Notes: generated from the sequence alone by a model not told the origin. Shown: positions 46,299 to 56,537, counted from the first letter of the stretch. The stretch is 64,000 nt of DNA from Candidatus Fraserbacteria bacterium (GCA_947085185.1 CAMTVK010000005.1:1-64000), one strand, 5' to 3'. Program-made: numbers and translations.

Positions 46299-47171
46299 GT
46301 GAAAAAGCTCAGATGGGTGGTCATCGCCAGTTTCAGCGTGCTGGTTGCCTGCGGGAGCTTATGGATTTCTCAACGAGAATCTCCTTCGCCCCCACATCCT
46401 ACGCAAACTGTGCCCATAGTGCGTCCAGCTCTCCCAACCCAAGCCCCCGGTGCTCTCCCTCCATCAGCTCAGAAGATCACTCTCAACGACGTGCGAGAGC
46501 TCTATCGTCAGGGGCAACGCCAGCTCTATAACTCGACAGTGGGCACAGAATATCTGCAGGCGCGGGCGCTGTTGCAGAGCGCACAGGCCCTCTTGGCGCA
46601 GCTCAACGGCGAGATCACAGAGACAGTCTATTGGCAGGCACGTTTAGAATTTGAGCTGGGCAATTGGTATCACGGGGCGGCCTGGGGAGACCCCGCACAA
46701 GCCCAAGAAGCTTTACCGTACTATCTCACGGCAGAACGGCTTGCGCGACAGCTCACCGAGCGTGCCCCGGACTTCTCTGAGGGCTATCGGCTGCTAGGGG
46801 AGACCCAGATGCGCATTATCAGCTTAAAGGGCTGGCTCCAAGCCCTCACCCATGCCCAAACAGCTAAAAAGAATCTCGATCGCGCGGTCACGCTCGACCC
46901 TAAGAACGCTGAAGCTCACCTAGCGTTAGGGATCTATTATCTGTACGCGCCAACGCTCTTTGGAGGAGATTTAGAAAAAGCTCTCAGCTCTCTCAGGGAG
47001 AGCGAAGCGCTGACATCAGATGAGACAGTGCGATTTCTGTCGTATCGGTGGCAAGGGGTTGCATACGCGAAACTGGGCAAGCTCGGCGAGGCCAAAGAAG
47101 CGTTTCGCAAAGCCCTGCTGATCTACCCTAAAAGCTCATGGGATCGGAACGAGCTGAATAAGCTCCGATAA
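46299..47171 (+). CDS. Exported/membrane-anchored TPR-repeat protein
   Basis: N-terminal hydrophobic segment, Pro-rich linker, TPR motifs (AVTLDPKNAEAHLALG; EAKEAFRKAL). Start is approximate. Confidence 0.75.
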   Translation: MKKLRWVVIASFSVLVACGSLWISQRESPSPPHPTQTVPIVRPALPTQAPGALPPSAQKITLNDVRELYRQGQRQLYNSTVGTEYLQARALLQSAQALLAQLNGEITETVYWQARLEFELGNWYHGAAWGDPAQAQEALPYYLTAERLARQLTERAPDFSEGYRLLGETQMRIISLKGWLQALTHAQTAKKNLDRAVTLDPKNAEAHLALGIYYLYAPTLFGGDLEKALSSLRESEALTSDETVRFLSYRWQGVAYAKLGKLGEAKEAFRKALLIYPKSSWDRNELNKLR

Positions 47172-47187
47172 CACTCAGGAGGTCTCT

Positions 47188-48543
47188 ATGGAGCAAGTCT
47201 TTCAGTACATTGACGCGCATCGTGATGAGTTTCTAGAGCGTCTCAAGGTGCTGTTGCGCCAGCCCAGCGTCGCTGCTCAGAATTTGGGGATGGAGCCGTG
47301 CGCTCAGCTCGTCCAGCAGATGCTCCAGAGCGTGGGGTTTAAGACCCAGATCTTTCCTACAGACGGCTTTCCCGTCGTCTACGGCGAGCTGGAGGGCACA
47401 AGCGATAAAACTCTGATGTTCTATGATCACTACGATGTGCAGCCTCCGGAGCCCTTGGAGCTGTGGGAGTCCGATCCGTGGGACCCGCAGATCCGAGGCG
47501 GAGGGCTCTACGCGCGCGGGTCTTCAGATAATAAGGGCGATCTGGTAGCGCGGCTGTGCGCTCTCGAAGCGTATCAGAAGGTCATGGGCGGACTGCCCAT
47601 CACGATAAAGTTTGTGATCGAAGGCGAAGAAGAGATTGGCAGCCCCCATCTCGGGCAGTTCGTCCAGGAGCACAGGAGTCTTCTGAGAGCCGACGGGTGC
47701 ATCTGGGAGTTCGGACACAAAGATCTCAAAGACGTTCCCCAAATCTATTTGGGGCTGAAGGGCATCTGTTACGTGGAGCTGCGCGCCACGGGAGCGGTGA
47801 GCGATCAGCATTCGTCGTGGGGGACGATTGTGCCCAATCCGGCGTGGCGTTTGGTGTGGGCACTCAGCACTCTCAAGGACAGGAACGAGAAGATTCAGAT
47901 CACGGGATTTTACGAGGATGTGCGCCCGCCCAGCCGCGCTGAGCTCAAAGCCGTCTACGATCTGGACTTCGATGAGAGAGGGTGGCGCAAGAAGTTCGGG
48001 ATTCAGAGATATCTCTTGGGGCTCTCTGGTCGTAAGCTCAAGAAGAAGCACTATTTCGAGCCGACGTGCACGATCTGTGGGATCTGGAGCGGCTATACCG
48101 GCCCAGGGCCCAAGACGGTGCTCCCCGCTGAAGCCCGCGCCAAGATCGACTTTCGCTTGGTGCCCGATCAAGACCCCAAAAAGATTCTCTCTCTACTGAA
48201 AAGACACTTAAAGAGACACGGCTTTGGGGATATCGAAGTGATCGGGATGCATGGGGTCAACCCGGCCCGCACCCCCATGGATGATCCCTTGGTAGAATTG
48301 GTGCGGCGCACCGCACAAAAAATTTATGGAGTCAGGCCGGTCGTGCACCCGACGTCCGCAGCAAGTGGCCCTATGTACACGCTCTGTCAGAGATTGGGCA
48401 TCCCAGCAGTCTCGACAGGGATCGGCTATGCCCACTCCAACACCCACGCCCCCAACGAGAACATTCGCATTGACGACTTCGTTCAGGGCATCAAACACAT
48501 CGCCAGCATTGTCCATGAGTTCTCTTCAACATCTCTGAGGTGA
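47188..48543 (+). CDS. M20 family metallopeptidase (ArgE/DapE-like)
   Basis: HYDVQP, ARGSSDNKG, EGEEEIGS and HAPNE motifs. Confidence 0.92.
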   Translation: MEQVFQYIDAHRDEFLERLKVLLRQPSVAAQNLGMEPCAQLVQQMLQSVGFKTQIFPTDGFPVVYGELEGTSDKTLMFYDHYDVQPPEPLELWESDPWDPQIRGGGLYARGSSDNKGDLVARLCALEAYQKVMGGLPITIKFVIEGEEEIGSPHLGQFVQEHRSLLRADGCIWEFGHKDLKDVPQIYLGLKGICYVELRATGAVSDQHSSWGTIVPNPAWRLVWALSTLKDRNEKIQITGFYEDVRPPSRAELKAVYDLDFDERGWRKKFGIQRYLLGLSGRKLKKKHYFEPTCTICGIWSGYTGPGPKTVLPAEARAKIDFRLVPDQDPKKILSLLKRHLKRHGFGDIEVIGMHGVNPARTPMDDPLVELVRRTAQKIYGVRPVVHPTSAASGPMYTLCQRLGIPAVSTGIGYAHSNTHAPNENIRIDDFVQGIKHIASIVHEFSSTSLR

Positions 48544-48549
48544 TCAGCT

Positions 48550-50370
48550 ATGCAAACTCTCGAAGCACCGCCGCGCAGCAGTGCCATAGGGGTCAGATGG
48601 GATCTGAAAGACTTATATCTTGACCCCGACGATCCAGCTTTGGAGCGTGACTTGCGCAGTGCACTGGAGCGAGCGCACGCGTTTGAGCAAAAATATCGCG
48701 GGCGGCTGCGCCAAGGGATCGCTCCACGCTCTCTCTACGAAGCCCTGATTGAGCTGGAGAGCATATCCGAACAGATGGACAAGCCCTTGATCTATGCGCA
48801 TCTGCTCCATGCTTCTGATACCCAGAACCCGCGCCATGGAGCGCTGCTTCAATCTACCCAAGAGCGCCACACCCAGATCCGACAGCATCTGCTCTTCTTC
48901 GACTTGGAATGGATGGACCTGCCCGATGAGACTGCGCGGGTTCTCATGAACGCTCCGGAAGTCGCGCGCTATCGGCACTACTTAGAAAAAGCCCGGCTCT
49001 TCCGGCCACATAAGCTCTCTGAACCCGAAGAGAAGATCTTAGATATCAAAGCGAACACGAGCACGCGGGCCTTTCAGAGGCTCTTCAGCGAGATCGTCTC
49101 TGGACTCACAGTGCAGATCGGCCGAGGGAAAGCCGCACAGAAGCTGACCCTCGATCAAGCCCTCGCCAAGCTCCATGAGCCCGACCGCACCGTCCGCAAG
49201 AACGCTGCCAAAGCGATCACCCACACGCTGCGCACCCACGCCCGCGTGCTCACTTATATCTTCAATGCGCTCGTGCTCGATCATAAGATCACTGATGAGC
49301 TGAGAAAGTTTCCGTCCCCCATGCACGCGCGCCATCTGGCGAACGAGATCGAGCCCGCTACCGTGGAGGCCCTGATGACCTCGTGCGAGCGCTCTTATGA
49401 TATCGTCCAAGAGTATTATCGTCTCAAGAAGCGCCTGCTGGGGCTGCGCACACTCTATGATTATGATCGCTACGCTCCGATCTCAGCGGAGCTCCCCCAG
49501 CGCCAGTGGACCGATGCCCAACGAATTGTCCTAGAAGCCTATCGCGACTTCTCCCCACAGATAGCTCAGATCGTCCAAGAGTTTTTGGACAAGAACTGGA
49601 TCGACGCGGAAGTGCGCTTTGGCAAAGTCGGCGGGGCGTTCTCCGCGAGCACCGTGCCCAGTGCCCATCCCTATATCTTGCTCAACTACACAGACAAGCT
49701 GCGCGATGTCATGACGCTGGCGCACGAGCTGGGTCACGGCGTCCATCAGTATCTCTCCCGACGGGTGGGCCACTTGCAAGCCGATACCCCCTTGACGATG
49801 GCCGAGACGGCCAGCACATTTGGAGAGATGCTTACGTTCCGCAAGCTGCTCGCGGAGATTCAAGACCCTAAAGTGAAGCTCGCGTTGCTCTGCAGCAAGA
49901 TTGAGGACTCGTTCGCGACGATCTTCCGGCAAATTGTGCTGACGCGCTTTGAGCAGAAGCTGCATGAGGCGCGGCGCACCCAAGGGGAGCTCCCTCCAGA
50001 GCGCATCGGTGAACTCTGGCTCGACGCCAATCGCTCGATGTTTGGCGACTCCGTCACGCTCACCGATGACTATCGCTGGTGGTGGCTGTATATTTCACAC
50101 TTTATTCACGTGCCGTTCTATTGCTATGCCTATGCGTTCGGAGAGCTTTTAGTATTAGCGCTCTATCAGAGATATCTCCGCGAGGGGGAGGCGTTCGTGC
50201 CCTTGTATGTAGATCTGCTTGCGAAGGGGGGATCTGACAGCCCTCAGAAGCTCTTGGCCCCGTTGGGGATAGACACAAGCGATCCGAACTTCTGGAAGAC
50301 AGGGCTCGAGTTCTTGCGCACGATGGTACAAGAGGCCGAGCACCTGGCTCAGACGCTCCCGAGTTTGTAG
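48550..50370 (+). CDS. pepF: M3B oligoendopeptidase F
   Basis: WDLKDLY, GK.GGAF, TLAHELGHGVH, AETAS and FYCYAY motifs. Confidence 0.92.
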   Translation: MQTLEAPPRSSAIGVRWDLKDLYLDPDDPALERDLRSALERAHAFEQKYRGRLRQGIAPRSLYEALIELESISEQMDKPLIYAHLLHASDTQNPRHGALLQSTQERHTQIRQHLLFFDLEWMDLPDETARVLMNAPEVARYRHYLEKARLFRPHKLSEPEEKILDIKANTSTRAFQRLFSEIVSGLTVQIGRGKAAQKLTLDQALAKLHEPDRTVRKNAAKAITHTLRTHARVLTYIFNALVLDHKITDELRKFPSPMHARHLANEIEPATVEALMTSCERSYDIVQEYYRLKKRLLGLRTLYDYDRYAPISAELPQRQWTDAQRIVLEAYRDFSPQIAQIVQEFLDKNWIDAEVRFGKVGGAFSASTVPSAHPYILLNYTDKLRDVMTLAHELGHGVHQYLSRRVGHLQADTPLTMAETASTFGEMLTFRKLLAEIQDPKVKLALLCSKIEDSFATIFRQIVLTRFEQKLHEARRTQGELPPERIGELWLDANRSMFGDSVTLTDDYRWWWLYISHFIHVPFYCYAYAFGELLVLALYQRYLREGEAFVPLYVDLLAKGGSDSPQKLLAPLGIDTSDPNFWKTGLEFLRTMVQEAEHLAQTLPSL

Positions 50371-51017
50371 CCAAATCCGCGCACCGTGAGGATTATCTTT
50401 GGGTTTTCAACATCCTCCTCGAGCTTGTTGCGCAATAGATAGATATATTTCTTGACGTCCTCAGACGACGCATAGGGGTTCTCCTGCCAGATCGCGTCAA
50501 TGATCTCGCGGTGGGAGAAGACTTTGCCCGGTTTGGACGCCAAGAGCTTTAAGAGCTCATACTCTTTGGGCGAAAGCTCGATCACTCTCTCTCCGAGATG
50601 CACTTCTTTGCGCTCATCGTCGATCTGGAGCGCCCCAAGCTGTATATATGGGGATCGGCTGACGCGACGCATGACCGCCTCGATACGAGCCTCGACCTCA
50701 CGAAGATCGAAGGGCTTAGTGATATAATCGTCTGCCCCCGTCGAGAACCCGCGCACCTTGTCGTCTGTGGAGTCTTTGGCGGTCACCATGATCACGGGGG
50801 TCTTCGCGCCGCTCTCTCGGAGCTTCTGGAGCACCATCCAGCCGTCGAGCTTGGGCATCATCACGTCGAGCAGGAGCAGATCGGGCTTCTCTTTGGGGAA
50901 TTTCTCTAAAGCTTCCTGGCCGTTCATCGCCGTGATGATAAAGTGTCCTTTGGCTTCTAAAAACTTGCGCAGCAGATGCAAGGACGTCGCATCGTCCTCA
51001 GCGATGAGAATGCGCAT
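50349..51017 (-). CDS. OmpR-family response regulator
   Basis: AEDD, LDVMMP, GADDYITKPF; winged helix TVRGFGY. Confidence 0.95.
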   Translation of the reverse strand: MRILIAEDDATSLHLLRKFLEAKGHFIITAMNGQEALEKFPKEKPDLLLLDVMMPKLDGWMVLQKLRESGAKTPVIMVTAKDSTDDKVRGFSTGADDYITKPFDLREVEARIEAVMRRVSRSPYIQLGALQIDDERKEVHLGERVIELSPKEYELLKLLASKPGKVFSHREIIDAIWQENPYASSEDVKKYIYLLRNKLEEDVENPKIILTVRGFGYKLGSV

Positions 51018-52563
51018 GGGAGACCTCCTCAGACCTCGGACCGGTCGGCTCCACAGGCAGCATGATCGAGAAGACGCTGCCCCGTCCGACCTCGCTGTCT
51101 ACAGCAACGCGTCCACCGAGCATCTCGACGTATCGCTTCACGATGGTGAGCCCCAAGCCAACCCCTTGGGACTCTCGGGTGTTGGAGCTGTCTAGCTGCG
51201 TGAACGGCTCAAAGATCCGGTCACGCTCGTGTTCTGGGATGCCGATGCCGGTATCTGAGACCGAGAACCGATATTCGTTCTCGTGTACTGCCCCTGAGAG
51301 AGCCACGCGGCCCGCGGGCGTGTACTTGATCGCATTACTCAGCAGATTGATCAAAGCCTGCTTGAGTTTGGTCCCGTCGGTGATGAGCGTGCACGGCTCG
51401 ATCTGATAAGTCAGTGCAAGCCCTTTGCCACGGGCGAGGGCGCTCACAGCTTTGATCGCTTCTTCCCCAACAGCTGAAGCCTCAACGGCTTCCAAATACG
51501 GACGATCCTCGCTCGCCTCGAGCTTAGAGAACCGCAAGATATTGTCAATGAGCTCTAAGAGGTGGTTTCCGGATTTTAAGATGTTTTCGAGATCATCGCG
51601 CTGGGCTTGGGTGAGTGAGCCGTCTACTCCTTCTAACAAGAGCTGAGAGTATCCTAGGATAGCATGGAGTGGGGTCTTCAGCTCGTGGCTCATCACGGCG
51701 AGGAAGTCGGATTTGGCTCGATTGGCTTTGACCAGCTGGGCGTTGATCTGCTCGAGCTGGCGCTTGCGCTCTTCGATGGCATCGGCCATAGCATTGAACT
51801 CTCGAGCGAGCGTCTCCAATTCGTCTCCTGTGGAGACACGAGCGCGAGCTGAGGGGTCTTGCTTGAAGCGTTGCAGGGCCTGGGTCAGGGTCTCCGCCGG
51901 CCCTAAGATCATCTTATAGAACATAAAAGCGATGATCAGAGCGAGCACAATGTACCCACCTATAACGAGCGCGATGAAGGCTGCTTCGCGGCGCACGAGG
52001 GCCGGCGTCGTTGCGAGACTGACCCCCAGCTGCAGCGCAGAGAACGTAGGGACTTCTTGGCGGATCTCTCGTCGCTGGATCTGCCCTGTGCTGTCTCTAT
52101 AGAATTCGACTTTGTAGTCCACTTTGGTGACAGGCTCGACATACGTCAGATGCAGAAACGGTGTGCCGCGGAAGGGTTGGATCTTTTGCACTCGCATATC
52201 TCGGGTGGTCGGCAGTTCTGAGATGCCCGCGGCAAACTGTTGTTGAGCTTCTGGGCTCAAGTCTTCGGTGTGATCGCTGCAGGCTGTCTCTCCGGCGATG
52301 ACGATCTTGAGATAGATGAGCCCCTCATCGCGGAGGTCTTTGATGAATCTGGTGCATGACTGCGAGAGTATTTCGCCTGACCGGTTGAGCAGAGCTGGTC
52401 CAATGATCTTCACAATTGTCTCCCACTTGACACGCACCTGGCTCTCCAGCAGATCAGAAAAGCGCATGATCGCCAGGATCCCTAAGGGCACGGCCACCAA
52501 GAGCGTGAACCCCAGCAGCGTGAAGATGAACTTATAGCGCAAGCTGAGCCGCAGCCACTTCAT
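50998..52563 (-). CDS. HAMP-domain sensor histidine kinase
   Basis: Two TM helices, HAMP, SHELKTPL, NLLSNAIKY, DTGIG and GLGL motifs. Confidence 0.94.
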   Translation of the reverse strand: MKWLRLSLRYKFIFTLLGFTLLVAVPLGILAIMRFSDLLESQVRVKWETIVKIIGPALLNRSGEILSQSCTRFIKDLRDEGLIYLKIVIAGETACSDHTEDLSPEAQQQFAAGISELPTTRDMRVQKIQPFRGTPFLHLTYVEPVTKVDYKVEFYRDSTGQIQRREIRQEVPTFSALQLGVSLATTPALVRREAAFIALVIGGYIVLALIIAFMFYKMILGPAETLTQALQRFKQDPSARARVSTGDELETLAREFNAMADAIEERKRQLEQINAQLVKANRAKSDFLAVMSHELKTPLHAILGYSQLLLEGVDGSLTQAQRDDLENILKSGNHLLELIDNILRFSKLEASEDRPYLEAVEASAVGEEAIKAVSALARGKGLALTYQIEPCTLITDGTKLKQALINLLSNAIKYTPAGRVALSGAVHENEYRFSVSDTGIGIPEHERDRIFEPFTQLDSSNTRESQGVGLGLTIVKRYVEMLGGRVAVDSEVGRGSVFSIMLPVEPTGPRSEEVSHAHSHR

Positions 52564-52669
52564 ACCGTGTTAGTGTAGCGCCTAGGCAAGGAGTCGTCAA
52601 CACCAATGGTCACCTAATTTCCACGCTGGTTCCATGTCATTGGTACACAAGAGCTCGTACAATAGAACT

Positions 52670-52850
52670 CGAAGCTGGCCCACTCTCTTCACGTAAGGGG
52701 CTTGGTGTCTCTCGCAGAGGGAGAAGTCTCGAAGGCTTCTCTCACGGATGGGAGGGTTTTGCCTCTCTGGGGGCTGCCTGACCTCCTCCCCACCGAGAGG
52801 ATTTTTCCTTGCCAGCCGGCACTGCGCCAGGAACCAAGCCCCACCTTCCT
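52670..52850 (+). ncRNA. Candidate 6S RNA (SsrS-like)
   Basis: TACAAT at 52658-63; terminal stem GGGGCTTGGT/ACCAAGCCCC, inner stem GGGAG../..CCCACC, CGGCAC near the 3' end; about 180 nt. Confidence 0.5.
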
Positions 52851-52915
52851 TCTTCGGAGGGATTGACGCTCGGGTCCCTATCCCCTACAATAGCTCTGAT
52901 GCAGAGGGGGGACTC

Positions 52916-53848
52916 ATGCGAAGAGTTCGAGCCTGCCCACGCTGGGGTGTGCTCCTCGGCTTGATGCTGATGGGTGTGCCCTGGCTTATCGGGACAGCTC
53001 AGGGCTGCTCGGTCCAGTCCTATGTCGACGGTCGTTGCTCCGCGGAGCTTGCTCTGTCAACACGGGTGAGAGAAGATCATCGTGTGACAGAATCTGGGGG
53101 AAGTTTGCTGATCGCTCTTGCGACGCTGCAGCGCGAGCCGGAGCACGCCTCTCAGATGCTCTCTTCTCCTCCGCCGTTGGTGGGCATCTCCTATCTGACT
53201 ATCCAGCGACTCATGCTGGCTCCGCCCGAAGAAAGATCCGTCGAGTCGCAGATGATCTGGGATTTCGGGCGCGTGGCGCAGCTGGAAGCGCGCCTGCGCA
53301 ACATAGACGCGATCATGCGCGCACTCCTTGAAGAATTCTTTCAATCTCACGGCTCTCTCTTGCAGAACCGCGAGCTGACGGTGCTCATCAACGTTGACGG
53401 CTTGGGGCTCTTCTTGCCTGCCCAAATTGAGAGCCTCAGCAGCTTCGCGCTCGACGAACGGCTCCATCTCTCCTTGAGTCGCGCGACCATCACCTTGCGC
53501 ATGGCCACCGGCTTTGGCAGCGTGATGGGCCAGATCGAACTCGATCCCAAAGACTTCGAGATCAGTAAAGAGAGAGTCGGGATTGAGCTGGCGCTCGGCT
53601 CGACTTCGCTGTCGGGGATCACGACGTTCGAGCAAGGGGTTGGCTTGATCAGCCAGGTGTATTCTATCAAAGCTCAAGTGGGGGACGTCGAGCTCGTGGG
53701 CCAGGCAGTGTTCACGTCCACCTCCCAAGAGTTCACGATCGGCATGAGCATCGCGGGGATAGCGCTCTCGGGGAGCTCGCTCATCACCCCCAGCAGCTTC
53801 ACGCAGAGCTTGCTCATTGAGATTCCCATCATGGTGAGAAAGAAATAG
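52916..53848 (+). CDS. Exported hypothetical protein with a beta-strand-rich C-terminus
   Basis: Promoter TTGACG-17-TACAAT (52863-91), SD GAGGGG, signal-peptide-like N-terminus. Confidence 0.6.
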   Translation: MRRVRACPRWGVLLGLMLMGVPWLIGTAQGCSVQSYVDGRCSAELALSTRVREDHRVTESGGSLLIALATLQREPEHASQMLSSPPPLVGISYLTIQRLMLAPPEERSVESQMIWDFGRVAQLEARLRNIDAIMRALLEEFFQSHGSLLQNRELTVLINVDGLGLFLPAQIESLSSFALDERLHLSLSRATITLRMATGFGSVMGQIELDPKDFEISKERVGIELALGSTSLSGITTFEQGVGLISQVYSIKAQVGDVELVGQAVFTSTSQEFTIGMSIAGIALSGSSLITPSSFTQSLLIEIPIMVRKK

Positions 53849-53851
53849 CTC

Positions 53852-54646
53852 TTAGCTGAGCCGACGCACCGCGGTCCAAAAGTCTGAGCTGATGCCAATG
53901 AGTTTTGTCGGCTGAGCAGACTTACGAATCTGCACGGTTTGGTTCAGGGTGAGCGTGCCCACGGGATCGCCGTCGGCGAGCAACGACGCCGGACGCTTGG
54001 CAACAGCCGTCAAGAGACTATCACTGGGCAGCACAAGCGGGCGCGCACCCAACCGATGCGGCGCCAACGGCACGACTAAAAGACACTCCATCGTCGGCTC
54101 GATGATCGGGCCCCCGGCGGAGAGCGCATACGCTGTCGCTCCCGTTGGTGTAGCAATAAGCACTCCATCGCCGGGGTAGCACCCGATGGCTTCTGCTCCC
54201 AAAAAAAGCTCGATCTCCGTGCGCCGGCTGATCTCGGTATGCACGAGCCCAATCTCATTGAGCGCTGTGCAGGGCGGCGCTTCCACCCCGACAGCTTCGA
54301 TCCTCATGCGCCTCTCAAGAGTAAAGTTATCTGTGAGCACTTGCTCGAGTGCTCTTTCGAGCTCATCTATCCCGACCGATGTCAGAAATCCTAAGCTCCC
54401 CAAGTTGATCCCTATAATGGGCAGATCGAGCTCGGCGGCCGTTTTGGCTCCCTTGAGAAGAGTTCCGTCTCCGCCCAGCGTCACGACCAGATCACAATCT
54501 CTCTCTTCCACAGGACTCTTGTCAATGCCGGATCGTACTGCAATGGAGATGCTTTTCGCAGTCGTCCATTGTCTCAAACGTTCTAACGCAGCGTCGATCT
54601 GGGGCTTGGCGAAGTTCGCTATCACTAAGATCTTTCGCAGCTTCAT
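53852..54646 (-). CDS. nadK: NAD(+) kinase
   Basis: LGGDGT, GINLGSLGFL, NE and DG..ATPTGATAYALSAGGP motifs. Confidence 0.95.
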   Translation of the reverse strand: MKLRKILVIANFAKPQIDAALERLRQWTTAKSISIAVRSGIDKSPVEERDCDLVVTLGGDGTLLKGAKTAAELDLPIIGINLGSLGFLTSVGIDELERALEQVLTDNFTLERRMRIEAVGVEAPPCTALNEIGLVHTEISRRTEIELFLGAEAIGCYPGDGVLIATPTGATAYALSAGGPIIEPTMECLLVVPLAPHRLGARPLVLPSDSLLTAVAKRPASLLADGDPVGTLTLNQTVQIRKSAQPTKLIGISSDFWTAVRRLS

Positions 54647-55416
54647 ACGTACTGCCAGCGGCAGATCCAGCGCTCCAAGAGATCAATAATAATATAGAAC
54701 GCCAACCCCAACATGCCCATGGCTAAGATCCCCGCGAACATATGTTCATAGTTCCAATAGCGCGACCATTGGTCATAGATATAGCGCCAGAGCCCATAGC
54801 GCGACGCGAACGCTTCTGTTAAGGCTAGAGCCATGATGGCCATACCAATGGAGATTCTCAGTGCGGAGAACATGGCGGGGAGGCTCGCCGGCAGGATCAC
54901 GTGCTTATAGACATGCCATGTGCTCGCCCCGGCGCTCACTACCGAGAGCACGTAGCTCTTGGGAATATTTTTAGCTGCGTCTCGGGTGGACAACAGGAGC
55001 TGGAAGACCAGAACGAGCGTGATCAGCCCGATCTTGGGGGCATCGTAGATCCCCAAGAAGACGAAGAGCAACGGCAGAAAGACGACCTTCGGGATAGGAT
55101 ATGTCAAATAGATCGAAGGGCTCAGCAGACGATCTAAGACGCGTTCATGCCCGATGACCAATCCCAAGGGCACAGCGATGACTATCGCCAACAGCAACCC
55201 ACTGAGGACGCGGTAGCCACTGGCGAAGAAGTGCGGGACCAAGCTGTGCCACTCGATGATCAAGATACTGAGCGCTCGTATCGGTGGCGGCACGGCTCCT
55301 TGGAGCGGCTTGCCTGCAAACAACGTCGAGACGCACCAGCTCGCCAGCCACCACACCCCAAAGAAGAGCACGATCCCCAGCACATAGCCCACAAGATAAT
55401 GCTGAAGGCGCTTCAT
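54643..55416 (-). CDS. ABC importer permease (SsuC/TauC-like)
   Basis: PIPKVVFLP, EAA-like loop (SAGAS..HVILPASLP), ALRISIG. Confidence 0.9.
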   Translation of the reverse strand: MKRLQHYLVGYVLGIVLFFGVWWLASWCVSTLFAGKPLQGAVPPPIRALSILIIEWHSLVPHFFASGYRVLSGLLLAIVIAVPLGLVIGHERVLDRLLSPSIYLTYPIPKVVFLPLLFVFLGIYDAPKIGLITLVLVFQLLLSTRDAAKNIPKSYVLSVVSAGASTWHVYKHVILPASLPAMFSALRISIGMAIMALALTEAFASRYGLWRYIYDQWSRYWNYEHMFAGILAMGMLGLAFYIIIDLLERWICRWQYV

Positions 55417-56537
55417 GACAGCTCCCGTCGCAGCTCTAAGACTTTCACATAGAACGCTTCGCTGGTGCGCGATGTCCCCACGCACGGGTTCTCGAGAATC
55501 GCTTTGATGCGCGCCGGGCGCTCCGTGAGCACCACGATTCGAGACCCTAAAAAGACCGCTTCTTGGACGTCATGGGTGACGATAATCTGGGTGAAGCCGC
55601 GCTCTTTCCATAATTGAAAGAGCAGATCTTGGATGCGCTCGCGGTTGAACGCATCGAGCGCTGCTAACGGTTCGTCCATCAATAAGACTTTGGGGTGTGT
55701 GGCAAGGGCTCGTGCCAACGCGACGCGCTGGCGCTCCCCGCCCGAGAGCTGATGGGGATAGCGATCGTAGAATTTGCTGTCAAGCCCAAGCTCGTCAAGG
55801 ATGGGTTTGACACTCTGGACTTGCTGGAGGATCAGAGCGTTGGCCTCGCGGATCTGTCGCGGCATGGTGAAGAGATCATAGACGAGTCGGCTGATCAGTT
55901 CTGCAGTCAGCATAAGCACGATGACAAATAAGGCAACCTGGGGCCAGCCCCCGCCCCACAGCACCTCGCTCCAGGTGGCCTCCGCATTGACCGTGATGAT
56001 CTTGTGAACTTCGCTCCAGTAGAAGCCCCCCGCGATGAGATCCAACCCCAACGCCACAAGATAGACGGCAGCTGAAAAAGGGCGATCGAGGTAGAAGCGC
56101 TGACCCGCAGCCCACGCCCCCGTTACCAGTAGCCAAAAATATGCCCAAAAGAGCGATTTCTTGCGACGGCGCCACTCTTGCTTCAGCGACTCATCTTCAG
56201 GGAGCTCCAGCGCATCTCGCGGAGGCGGACCCCCAAGCTCAAGCAAGAGACTCGCATTCTTCCAGACGGTCTTCCACGGCAAGAGCCCCAAATCTTGAAA
56301 GATGAGCGCGACGTCGCGGCGCGGCCGCTCCACCAGTTGACCGTCTACGATCACGCGGCCTGCGCTCGGTTTCACCAGCCCACAGATCGCATAGAGCAAA
56401 CTGGTCTTGCCGCACCCTGACGGCCCCAGGATCGCGACGCTCTCCCCAGCTCTGATAGAGAGATGCAGATCGTCCACAACTGGGACAACACGGTGGCCAT
56501 CGCGATACTCTAACCGCAGCCCATCGATGCGGATCAT
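55413..56537 (-). CDS. ABC importer ATP-binding protein (SsuB/TauB-like) with an internal TM2-like membrane insertion
   Basis: GPSGCGKT, FQD..LLPWKTV, LSGGERQR, MDEP and VTHD motifs; hydrophobic insertion at ~aa 106-237. Confidence 0.85.
   Translation of the reverse strand: MIRIDGLRLEYRDGHRVVPVVDDLHLSIRAGESVAILGPSGCGKTSLLYAICGLVKPSAGRVIVDGQLVERPRRDVALIFQDLGLLPWKTVWKNASLLLELGGPPPRDALELPEDESLKQEWRRRKKSLFWAYFWLLVTGAWAAGQRFYLDRPFSAAVYLVALGLDLIAGGFYWSEVHKIITVNAEATWSEVLWGGGWPQVALFVIVLMLTAELISRLVYDLFTMPRQIREANALILQQVQSVKPILDELGLDSKFYDRYPHQLSGGERQRVALARALATHPKVLLMDEPLAALDAFNRERIQDLLFQLWKERGFTQIIVTHDVQEAVFLGSRIVVLTERPARIKAILENPCVGTSRTSEAFYVKVLELRRELS

Noticed and set aside
52697..52845. tmRNA or tRNA-like element (starts GGGGCT, ends CCCCACC)
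   Set aside because: No T-arm, no G3-U70 pair, no tag ORF, and too short for tmRNA.
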